DNA of 64,000 nucleotides from the IMG/VR virus record IMGVR_UViG_3300025276_000020. One strand, 5' to 3'. Positions 1 to 6,346 of this stretch are shown piece after piece. The number at the start of each line of letters is the position of its first letter. The stretch's first letter is position 1. The stretch is from a virus. The position numbers were made by a program, and so were the translations under genes. The notes below the pieces were generated by a model. It saw only the letters and a list, made by a program, of their open reading frames with translations. It did not search any database and had not been told where the DNA came from.

Positions 1-41
1 ATTTAATGTAACGCATTGAGCGTTTGAATTGGAGATGTTAA

Positions 42-578
42 TTGAATTTAAAAGAACTAACGTGGGATAACCACAGAGATGCTGAACGCAAGAAGTTTGC
101 ATCAATCCTAATGAGTGGCAAGATAGACCCAGCCCTCTATCATCGATACCTCGTAAATCAATTTTATAACTACGTTTCACTAGAGTACAAGTTACCTCTA
201 ACGGAACTTGGTCTGACCGATATTGCCAGGTCTCAATTGATAGGAGAAGATATTCGTGAACTCGAAGACTTATATGGATTTGATAGAATGGATATTACAA
301 TCGCACAATGTACTAAGGATTATACCGAGTACTGCGAGAACTTATATGAGAATGATAAAGATGGTCTAGTGGCACATATGTATGTCCGACACTTTGGAGA
401 TATGTACGGCGGAGCTATGATCGCTAAACGTATTCCTGGTAGTGGCAAGATGTACCAGTTTGAGAAAGTAGAAGAACTAAAAACGAATGTTCGTAATCTG
501 TTGAGTGACAGTATGGCACCAGAGGCTAATAGATGTTTTAAATTTGCAATAAGGCTATTTGAGGAGTTATTACAATGA
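42..578 (+). CDS. hemO: Heme oxygenase (biliverdin-producing, HemO/Ho1-like)
   Basis: N-terminal LKELTWDNHRDAE with the proximal His; distal-helix motif YVRHFGDMYGG; C-terminal EANRCF; lies next to a bilin reductase; GGAG SD upstream of the TTG start. Confidence 0.92.
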   Translation: MNLKELTWDNHRDAERKKFASILMSGKIDPALYHRYLVNQFYNYVSLEYKLPLTELGLTDIARSQLIGEDIRELEDLYGFDRMDITIAQCTKDYTEYCENLYENDKDGLVAHMYVRHFGDMYGGAMIAKRIPGSGKMYQFEKVEELKTNVRNLLSDSMAPEANRCFKFAIRLFEELLQ

Positions 579-727
579 AAGAAAGTAAGAGCGAACTTGA
601 CGCAACATACGAGAAAGTCATGGAAGCATTCGATAGGCGAGAACATCGCCAAAAACGAATGAACCTGATGATCTTAGGTCTATATGCAGTAATAGTGATT
701 ACTATGTTTGTGGGAGCATGGTTATGA
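575..727 (+). CDS. 50-aa single-pass membrane peptide (MKESKSELDATYEKVMEAFDRREHRQKRMNLMILGLYAVIVITMFVGAWL); not in the ORF track
   Basis: Translated by hand; GAGGAG SD upstream; ATGA overlaps with the hemO stop and with the pcyX start; C-terminal hydrophobic helix. Confidence 0.75.
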   Translation: MKESKSELDATYEKVMEAFDRREHRQKRMNLMILGLYAVIVITMFVGAWL

Positions 728-1407
728 GTATAGTATGGAAAAGTCTCATCGATCTACAAGATCACTTCATAGAGGAGTTTTCTGGCAGTGGAATCGAAGT
801 ACAAGAACCTGGTATGGAGCAGTTCAACAAACCTGGTTGGGTAAATAGAGTTTGGACATCCCAAGACTATCGTAGGGCACACGTTGATGTTGTCGATATG
901 CGTGAAGAGAAGAAGATGTGGATGATGCACGTCTGTGTGTTTCCTCACACCGATAGTGATGCACCTATCTATGGATTTGATGTAATAGCTGGTGCTAATA
1001 AGATGACTGGCGCATTCCACGATTTCTCTGCTACGACTAATATAGAACACCCAATGATTGATTGGTTTGGTACGGTCGCATCTGCACTATCATGGAAGAG
1101 AGAGCGAGAGTTACCTGAATGGGCTAAAGCTATATTCACTGATCATATGATTGCCGCAGGTATGGTTAAAGATCCTATAGAGATTGCACAGATAACTGGC
1201 ACGGCAATGGAAACACTATCATATTATCTCAAAGAAATCGGTAACTATAACGGATACTCTTCACAAGAATTGGGCATAGCCACACAGAATAACTATGCAC
1301 ATTATCAGAAACAGAATCCTCACACACCTAACGTAATGAAGAGCCTAGGCATCGATCCTGATGACGTAGACTTATTCATTCAGAAGTGTCTTTTTCCAGA
1401 GCTTTAA
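724..1407 (+). CDS. pcyX: Ferredoxin-dependent bilin reductase, PcyX type (PcyA-like fold)
   Basis: Motifs RRAHVDVVD, WMMHVCVFP, PIYGFDVIAG, RELPEWAKAIF and QKQNPHT. From Met at 724, Asp55/His69/Asp86 align with PcyA Glu76/His88/Asp105; Asp in place of Glu76 is PcyX-like. Confidence 0.85.
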   Translation: MSIVWKSLIDLQDHFIEEFSGSGIEVQEPGMEQFNKPGWVNRVWTSQDYRRAHVDVVDMREEKKMWMMHVCVFPHTDSDAPIYGFDVIAGANKMTGAFHDFSATTNIEHPMIDWFGTVASALSWKRERELPEWAKAIFTDHMIAAGMVKDPIEIAQITGTAMETLSYYLKEIGNYNGYSSQELGIATQNNYAHYQKQNPHTPNVMKSLGIDPDDVDLFIQKCLFPEL

Positions 1408-1411
1408 TAGT

Positions 1412-1490
1412 CTTTCGTATACATAGAAAGTAGGGTAATTCTGCCCTACATTTTGTGAGCGACAGGGTAAAGCTGTCAAACAAGGAGAAA
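1412..1490 (+). promoter_or_regulatory. Structured 5' leader with tandem hairpins next to the SD
   Basis: gtagggta-attc-tgccctac (1430-1449); gacag-ggtaaag-ctgtc (1461-1477), extendable with ttgt/acaa into AAGGAG; TATACATA late-promoter-like box at 1418-1425. Confidence 0.45.
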
Positions 1491-1493
1491 GAT

Positions 1494-1808
1494 ATGAAAT
1501 CATTACTAGTTGTAATACTAGCAGTACTGTCTACGAGCGCATTCGCCGCACCATACGTAGAATATTCGAATCAACAACGATACACAGACCTGGACTACTC
1601 AGGTAAGTACAATCATGTACGCATTGGATACAAAGCAGACAATGGAATATACCTCGAAGCAGGTAGAGATCAAGACGGCAACGCTTTTGAGACTGGATAT
1701 AGTTTCAATTTTAACGAGCGACTGAGCATTAATGGTAAGTGGGAAGGTTCCAATACCGATAAGCTGAGACACACTGTTGAGACTGAGATCAGGTACACAT
1801 TTAAGTAA
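1494..1808 (+). CDS. Small secreted outer-membrane beta-barrel/porin-like protein
   Basis: AAGGAG SD before ATG 1494; signal peptide MKSLLVVILAVLSTSAFA; alternating beta-strands; C-terminal EIRYTF(K) beta-signal. Confidence 0.65.
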   Translation: MKSLLVVILAVLSTSAFAAPYVEYSNQQRYTDLDYSGKYNHVRIGYKADNGIYLEAGRDQDGNAFETGYSFNFNERLSINGKWEGSNTDKLRHTVETEIRYTFK

Positions 1809-1817
1809 GGATATATT

Positions 1818-2777
1818 ATGGAACTACTAACTATCTGGAGCCTTATTGGGTTTCTTTTTGCCGCTTATGCAGTAATTGCAAATGATTCAGTGCAGACGCT
1901 CGGCACTTGGATGGCATCAAACAATGAGCGATTCAACTACAAGACTATGTGGGCAGCCGCAAGTGCTGTGCTACTAGCAACACTGTGGTATGGTTGGACT
2001 GTAAATGGTGGAGACATCAGTTATGGTCGATTGAATAAGATTCCCTGGCAAGAAGTTCAGTGGTATCATGCCGCCGCACCAGGAATACTCGTACTACTTA
2101 CAAGACTAGGTGTACCGGTATCAACATCCTTTCTAGTGTTGAGTGCTTTTGCAAGTACTTTTGTGCTAGAAAAGATGTTGATGAAGAGCATCATGGGTTA
2201 TGGTATTGCCGCTCTGTTTGCATACGGTGTGTGGTACGTTGTATCACGTACACTTGATGAGGCAGAACCAGTACAAGAAAAGAACAAAAACTATTGGCGA
2301 ATAGCGCAGTGGTTTGCAACAGGCGGATTATGGTGGACTTGGTTGTCGCATGATATGGCTAATATTGCTGTGTTCTTACCTCGTGTTGTGCCAGTCGATC
2401 TAATGTTCTTGATATCATCTGTTTTCGTGATTGGTCTATTCTTTATGTTTAAAGAACGAGGTGGTAAGATTCAACAGATTGTACTAGAGAAGCACAACAC
2501 AAGATATGTCCGTAGTGCAACTCTGATCGATTTGTTCTATTGGTTATGTCTGTACTTCTTCAAAGAACTTAATGATATTCCTATGTCAACTACGTGGGTC
2601 TTTGTTGGTATGCTTGCTGGTCGTGAACTTGCTATCGCAACGTTTACAGGTAAGATGAAAATAAAATCTGTATTCCCTTTAGTGGGAAGAGACTTTATGA
2701 AGATGATGATTGGACTCGGTGCTTCAGTTGCTATCGTCTTAACAATACATTATGTACTGATACCAAACGGACTATAA
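1818..2777 (+). CDS. PiT/PHO4-like inorganic anion (phosphate/sulfate) permease
   Basis: Multi-TM protein with two PiT-like repeats: ANDSVQTLGT...GVPVSTS and HDMAN...IPMSTT. Confidence 0.65.
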   Translation: MELLTIWSLIGFLFAAYAVIANDSVQTLGTWMASNNERFNYKTMWAAASAVLLATLWYGWTVNGGDISYGRLNKIPWQEVQWYHAAAPGILVLLTRLGVPVSTSFLVLSAFASTFVLEKMLMKSIMGYGIAALFAYGVWYVVSRTLDEAEPVQEKNKNYWRIAQWFATGGLWWTWLSHDMANIAVFLPRVVPVDLMFLISSVFVIGLFFMFKERGGKIQQIVLEKHNTRYVRSATLIDLFYWLCLYFFKELNDIPMSTTWVFVGMLAGRELAIATFTGKMKIKSVFPLVGRDFMKMMIGLGASVAIVLTIHYVLIPNGL

Positions 2778-2778
2778 A

Positions 2779-2925
2779 ATGATAGATAGGGTCAGGAAAG
2801 CATTGACAGGTAAAAGATCACGTGTTATACTGATCCTATCCTTCACATTCTTCTTAGTGAAGGGTCTCGCATGGTTAGCTCTATGGGCATATGCGATGTA
2901 TTTTGGTTACACATTTTTTGATTAA
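2779..2925 (+). CDS. 48-aa membrane peptide (MIDRVRKALTGKRSRVILILSFTFFLVKGLAWLALWAYAMYFGYTFFD); not in the ORF track
   Basis: Translated by hand; starts 1 nt after the permease stop; basic N-terminus followed by a TM segment. Confidence 0.6.
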   Translation: MIDRVRKALTGKRSRVILILSFTFFLVKGLAWLALWAYAMYFGYTFFD

Positions 2926-2929
2926 TGTC

Positions 2930-2967
2930 TTGACAAGTGCGTCAAAATGGTGTAAACTGTATAAATA
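2930..2967 (+). promoter_or_regulatory. Tandem sigma70-type promoter and T4 late promoter upstream of the tmRNA
   Basis: TTGACA (2930)-17 nt-TAAACT (2953); TATAAATA at 2960-2967. Confidence 0.8.
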
Positions 2968-2971
2968 AGAC

Positions 2972-3272
2972 GTAGGTTGACAGTTGTTAATCTACAATTT
3001 GATTTGTTGAAGCAGATTGATACTGAACAGGACTCGGGTTCGAATCCCGACAGCTCCACCAAAAGCATACTGAATATGGCTAGTATGTTTTTGATGGGGC
3101 TGAACTGGGAATCGACTGGCAGGGTAGAAAAGTGGAGAATCCGGGTACGAGCTCCGTTAACGCAAGAAACTAAAGTAAACGCAAACGATAATTTTGCTCC
3201 TGTAGACTACGCCCTAGCGGCATAGTTGTACGGGGTTCGCCAGTACCTGTCAACAGAAACTGGCACCTTTTT
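2972..3272 (+). ncRNA. ssrA: Circularly permuted two-piece tmRNA; tag (A)ANDNFAPVDYALAA
   Basis: Acceptor piece has the T-arm GGGTTCGAATCCC and ends CAGCTCC-A-CCA at 3061. A hairpin intervening segment spans 3062-3095. The coding piece starts GGGGCTG at 3096 and pairs to give a G3:U70 alanine stem. Tag frame 3181-3225; 3' hairpin followed by a U-run. Outer ends are approximate. Confidence 0.93.
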
Positions 3273-3298
3273 ACGAAACAAACAAAGAAAGAAAACAG

Positions 3299-3661
3299 AT
3301 GAAAAACGTAATTTTGGCTACGGCCGCACTAGTAGCCTCAGCATCAGCAGTCGCCGCATTCGATGTGACTGACACATTTAGTATTGACAGCGAAGTAAAA
3401 ACGTGGTATAATACAAGTCAATCAACATGGACTGCACACTACGAAGTTAAACCAACTTACTCACCCTCGGCTCTACCAGGTATGGCTGTATATGTGATGA
3501 ACGATGGCGATCTACGTGATGTAAAGTATGATGGCGTTGAACTTGGAATGGAATACAAAATGGATAACTCAATGGTTAGCCCAGTATTGAAAGCCAAGGT
3601 AGGATATGATGAAGATTGGAATCGTGGTGACATTTTTGTCGGTGCAACTTTCAACTTCTAA
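3299..3661 (+). CDS. Second small outer-membrane beta-barrel-like protein
   Basis: Ala-rich signal peptide; amphipathic strands; ends IFVGATFNF with a terminal Phe. Confidence 0.65.
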   Translation: MKNVILATAALVASASAVAAFDVTDTFSIDSEVKTWYNTSQSTWTAHYEVKPTYSPSALPGMAVYVMNDGDLRDVKYDGVELGMEYKMDNSMVSPVLKAKVGYDEDWNRGDIFVGATFNF

Positions 3662-3670
3662 AGTATAGGC

Positions 3671-3697
3671 TTGGTGCACCTTAACGCACCAACTTTT
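3671..3697 (+). terminator. Rho-independent terminator
   Basis: ttggtgc-N8-gcaccaa followed by tttt. Confidence 0.6.
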
Positions 3698-3725
3698 AAC
3701 ATTAACTACAACACGGTGAAAAATT

Positions 3726-3983
3726 ATGACAGGTATTATTATCCCCTCAAGCGATCACGACAAAAAGCGTATCAAAGAATGTATGCAAGAGATAAGTAAC
3801 TCTTATCTACGACAGGAAGCTGAACGTGAGTTTGTCAAAGAAGCCCTAATCTCTCTAGAAGACGATGTAGGCATCCCCAAAAAATATCTAGGTAAAATGG
3901 CTCGTATCTATCATAAGCAGAACATGAGCGAATTGCTGTCCGAAATCTGTGAGATCGAAGCTTTATTGGAAAGTGTTCAATAA
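3726..3983 (+). CDS. dsbA: T4 DsbA-like double-stranded DNA-binding protein
   Basis: 85-aa helical protein with ...IPKKYLGKMARIYHKQ...; T4 dsbA-33-59-32 synteny. Confidence 0.7.
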   Translation: MTGIIIPSSDHDKKRIKECMQEISNSYLRQEAEREFVKEALISLEDDVGIPKKYLGKMARIYHKQNMSELLSEICEIEALLESVQ

Positions 3984-3987
3984 ACAC

Positions 3988-4016
3988 TTGACACGAGCCC
4001 AATTCGATGTTATACT
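3988..4016 (+). promoter_or_regulatory. sigma70-type early promoter
   Basis: TTGACA-17 nt-TATACT. Confidence 0.8.
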
Positions 4017-4047
4017 ATACAAGTATAAACAATAGAGGAGTATCTTA

Positions 4048-4257
4048 ATGAATCATATCAAGACATATTTCAAAGAAGGCACCGATGGTGCGAGAGCAGA
4101 AGTCTTCTTAGAAGAAGGGGTCTACTGTATTCGATATTACATGGGTATTGGAGATACTGAGTTTTTCCGTAGAGAGGAGTTTGAAGACAAGTCTAGGCAA
4201 TATGTCGAAGATGCGGCTGAGAATTGGGCTTTAGGAATTAAGGTACTAAATGGCTAG
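4048..4257 (+). CDS. Hypothetical phage protein
   Basis: GAGGAG SD; ends YVEDAAENWALG. Confidence 0.7.
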   Translation: MNHIKTYFKEGTDGARAEVFLEEGVYCIRYYMGIGDTEFFRREEFEDKSRQYVEDAAENWALGIKVLNG

Positions 4258-4438
4258 AGTTACATATAACGAGCCAACACTCTATAACGTTGATATAGAC
4301 CCTAAAGAAGGCAAAGTAATCTTAGGTGGTGAAGAGTATATTATTAATAATAAACGTGAAGCAAGCGTTTTTAAAACAGCCTATTTACTGGGCAGGGAGC
4401 ATAAAAAATCGCAAATACTAAAGACATTGGGCTTATAG
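4250..4438 (+). CDS. Hypothetical phage protein
   Basis: Overlaps the upstream stop and fills the operon. Confidence 0.6.
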   Translation: MARVTYNEPTLYNVDIDPKEGKVILGGEEYIINNKREASVFKTAYLLGREHKKSQILKTLGL

Positions 4439-4461
4439 CACAACTAAATTCTGAAACGATA

Positions 4462-4656
4462 ATGAAAGAAATTTCAGCAAATATCGCTAAGGGTGTACCA
4501 TACATTGATGCAGTGATTGTATACGCAGAATCGTATGGACTGGAAGTAGAGGTAGTTGGAGAGATCATTCGAAGATCACCTGTACTTAAGGCAAAGATTT
4601 ATAGAGAAGCAGAAGAACTAAATATGGTAGAGAAGTTAACAAGGCTGCCAGTGTGA
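4462..4656 (+). CDS. 33: gp33 late-promoter transcription co-activator (start may be slightly upstream)
   Basis: YIDAVIVYAE...LKAKIYREAEELNM..RLPV; immediately upstream of gp59. Confidence 0.85.
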   Translation: MKEISANIAKGVPYIDAVIVYAESYGLEVEVVGEIIRRSPVLKAKIYREAEELNMVEKLTRLPV

Positions 4657-5258
4657 CAGACCGATCAATGTACTCAACTAGAGAGGCGTTTGAACTCTAT
4701 AGCTACTACATTGCTCTGAAGAAGCACTTTACCACTTCGTATGATTTTCACAAATATGGTGGTAAGATGAGGTTGTCTGTAGATAGTTTTGAACGCAGAA
4801 AAGATAAGTTCTTCTTCTATAAGTTGGGAAAGCGTAAGGACTCTAAAGAGTTTCTACTCGCTAATGTGATTGATAATCCAGAAATATGGATTGGCAATTT
4901 GATAGATAACAAGACCGCTGATGAGATATTCAGAGAGTGGTCAAAGAGACAACAGTCTTTGGGATACGTGTTTGGCAATGAGCTAGATGAATTGAACGAA
5001 GACTTTAACTCTAACTTTATTGTTGAAGACGGACAGTACTCTAGGGTATTACAACTCTACAACATGAAGCGACTGAGCATCGAAACTCTAGTCATCTTAG
5101 ATGATCTGACAGGATGCTTTAAATATTGGGATAAGAATATCAACGATACCATCGTTTATCCTAATATAAATAAGATTGTTAAGAAATATCGACCTTTTTT
5201 AAATTATGATAAAGTGAAAATGAAGAAAATATGTCTTGACAAATACACCGCGGTCTAG
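4653..5258 (+). CDS. 59: gp59 loader of the gp41 helicase
   Basis: YIALKKHFT..YDFHKYGGK...FERRKDKFFFYKL, ISIETLVILD-like segment, KYRPFL. Confidence 0.9.
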   Translation: MTDRSMYSTREAFELYSYYIALKKHFTTSYDFHKYGGKMRLSVDSFERRKDKFFFYKLGKRKDSKEFLLANVIDNPEIWIGNLIDNKTADEIFREWSKRQQSLGYVFGNELDELNEDFNSNFIVEDGQYSRVLQLYNMKRLSIETLVILDDLTGCFKYWDKNINDTIVYPNINKIVKKYRPFLNYDKVKMKKICLDKYTAV

Positions 5259-5264
5259 TATAAT
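5236..5264 (+). promoter_or_regulatory. Perfect-consensus sigma70 promoter for gp32
   Basis: TTGACA-17 nt-TATAAT. Confidence 0.85.
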
Positions 5265-5331
5265 AGACCAATACAACGATATACATCGTAACATAAACCG
5301 CTATATATAGCATAATACAGGAAATACTAAT

Positions 5332-6270
5332 ATGACAACATCATTCTCTGCCTTAAAGAAGGCACGTACTTCATCTTTCGATAAACTGAATTCTCAGTTA
5401 CAGAAGATGGGATCACCCAATAACAACAAAGGCGATGATCGCTTCTGGAAACCAGAAGTAGACAAAGCTGGCAATGGTTATGCCGTGATTCGCTTTTTAC
5501 CAGCACCGTCAGGTGAAGATATGCCATTCGTTCGTGCGTGGGACCATGGCTTTCAAGGACCAGGTGGTTGGTACATTGAAAACTCTCTTACAACTTTAGG
5601 TCAAGACGATCCAGTCTCTGAGTACAACTCAAAGCTTTGGAACTCTGGTCATGACGAAGATAAAGAAACTGCTCGTAAGCAGAAGCGCAGGTTATCATAC
5701 ACTGCTAACATCTATATCGTGAAGGATAGTGCTAACCCATCACGTGAAGGTCAAGTTTATCTTTATAAGTTTGGTAAGAAAATCTTCGACAAGCTGAACG
5801 ATGCAATGAATCCTCAGTTTCAAGACGAAGATCCGATCAACCCATTTGACTTTTGGGAAGGTGCAGATTTCAAATTGAAGATCCGTCAAGTAGAAGGCTA
5901 TCGTAACTACGATAAGTCTGAGTTTGACTCGATTTCTCCTATCAGTGATTCATCTGGTACAGCGTTATCAGACGAAGCCATGGAAGAAAATTGGAATAAG
6001 CAACATTCTCTAGCAGATATTGTCGATCCTAAAAACTTCAAGTCTTATAATGAACTGAAAGCTAAATTGTATAAGGTTCTAGGTCTTGATGGCAGTAAAC
6101 ACGCACCCACAACAACTGCTGAGGACGATAGTACGGGTATGAACTTTGCTCCTAACTTTAAAGAGCGTGAAGCTCCTGAAGTGAGCGAGGCTTCATCCCC
6201 AACTCTTGCGAGTGACGACGGAGACGGAGAGTCTCTAGATTTCTTCAAGAGTCTAGCTGAAGATAGTTAA
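5332..6270 (+). CDS. 32: gp32 single-stranded DNA-binding protein
   Basis: DDRFWKPEVDKAGNGYAVIRFLP, HGFQGPGGWYIENSLTT, FWEGADFKLKIRQVEGYRNYDKSEF; acidic tail. Confidence 0.97.
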   Translation: MTTSFSALKKARTSSFDKLNSQLQKMGSPNNNKGDDRFWKPEVDKAGNGYAVIRFLPAPSGEDMPFVRAWDHGFQGPGGWYIENSLTTLGQDDPVSEYNSKLWNSGHDEDKETARKQKRRLSYTANIYIVKDSANPSREGQVYLYKFGKKIFDKLNDAMNPQFQDEDPINPFDFWEGADFKLKIRQVEGYRNYDKSEFDSISPISDSSGTALSDEAMEENWNKQHSLADIVDPKNFKSYNELKAKLYKVLGLDGSKHAPTTTAEDDSTGMNFAPNFKEREAPEVSEASSPTLASDDGDGESLDFFKSLAEDS

Positions 6271-6288
6271 GCTATCTAGTTAGGGGAG

Positions 6289-6325
6289 AAAGGCGGCTTA
6301 CATGGATGTGAGTCGCCTTTTTTTT
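6289..6325. terminator. Terminator between convergent gp32 and tail genes
   Basis: aaaggcggcttacat-gg-atgtgagtcgcc followed by T8. Confidence 0.85.
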
Positions 6326-6346
6326 GTTTAAGAATTGGGATTCTAA

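Noticed and set aside
724-1407. Cyanophage assignment (ho1 with pcyA or pebS)
   Set aside because: The reductase has PcyX-like residues, the tmRNA tag is alpha-type and no photosynthesis genes are seen; not fully excluded without phylogeny
1455-1493. N-terminal extensions in the ORF track (1455; also 718, 14591 and 49725)
   Set aside because: SD position, gene overlap or promoter location favour starts at 1494, 724, 14627 and 49668
3030-3061. Apparent tRNA (T-arm plus CCA)
   Set aside because: No anticodon arm upstream; its acceptor partner lies downstream at 3096, so it is a permuted tmRNA
2977-3225. 82-aa ORF ending ANDNFAPVDYALAA
   Set aside because: It is the tmRNA locus; only the tag frame 3181-3225 is expected to be translated, in trans
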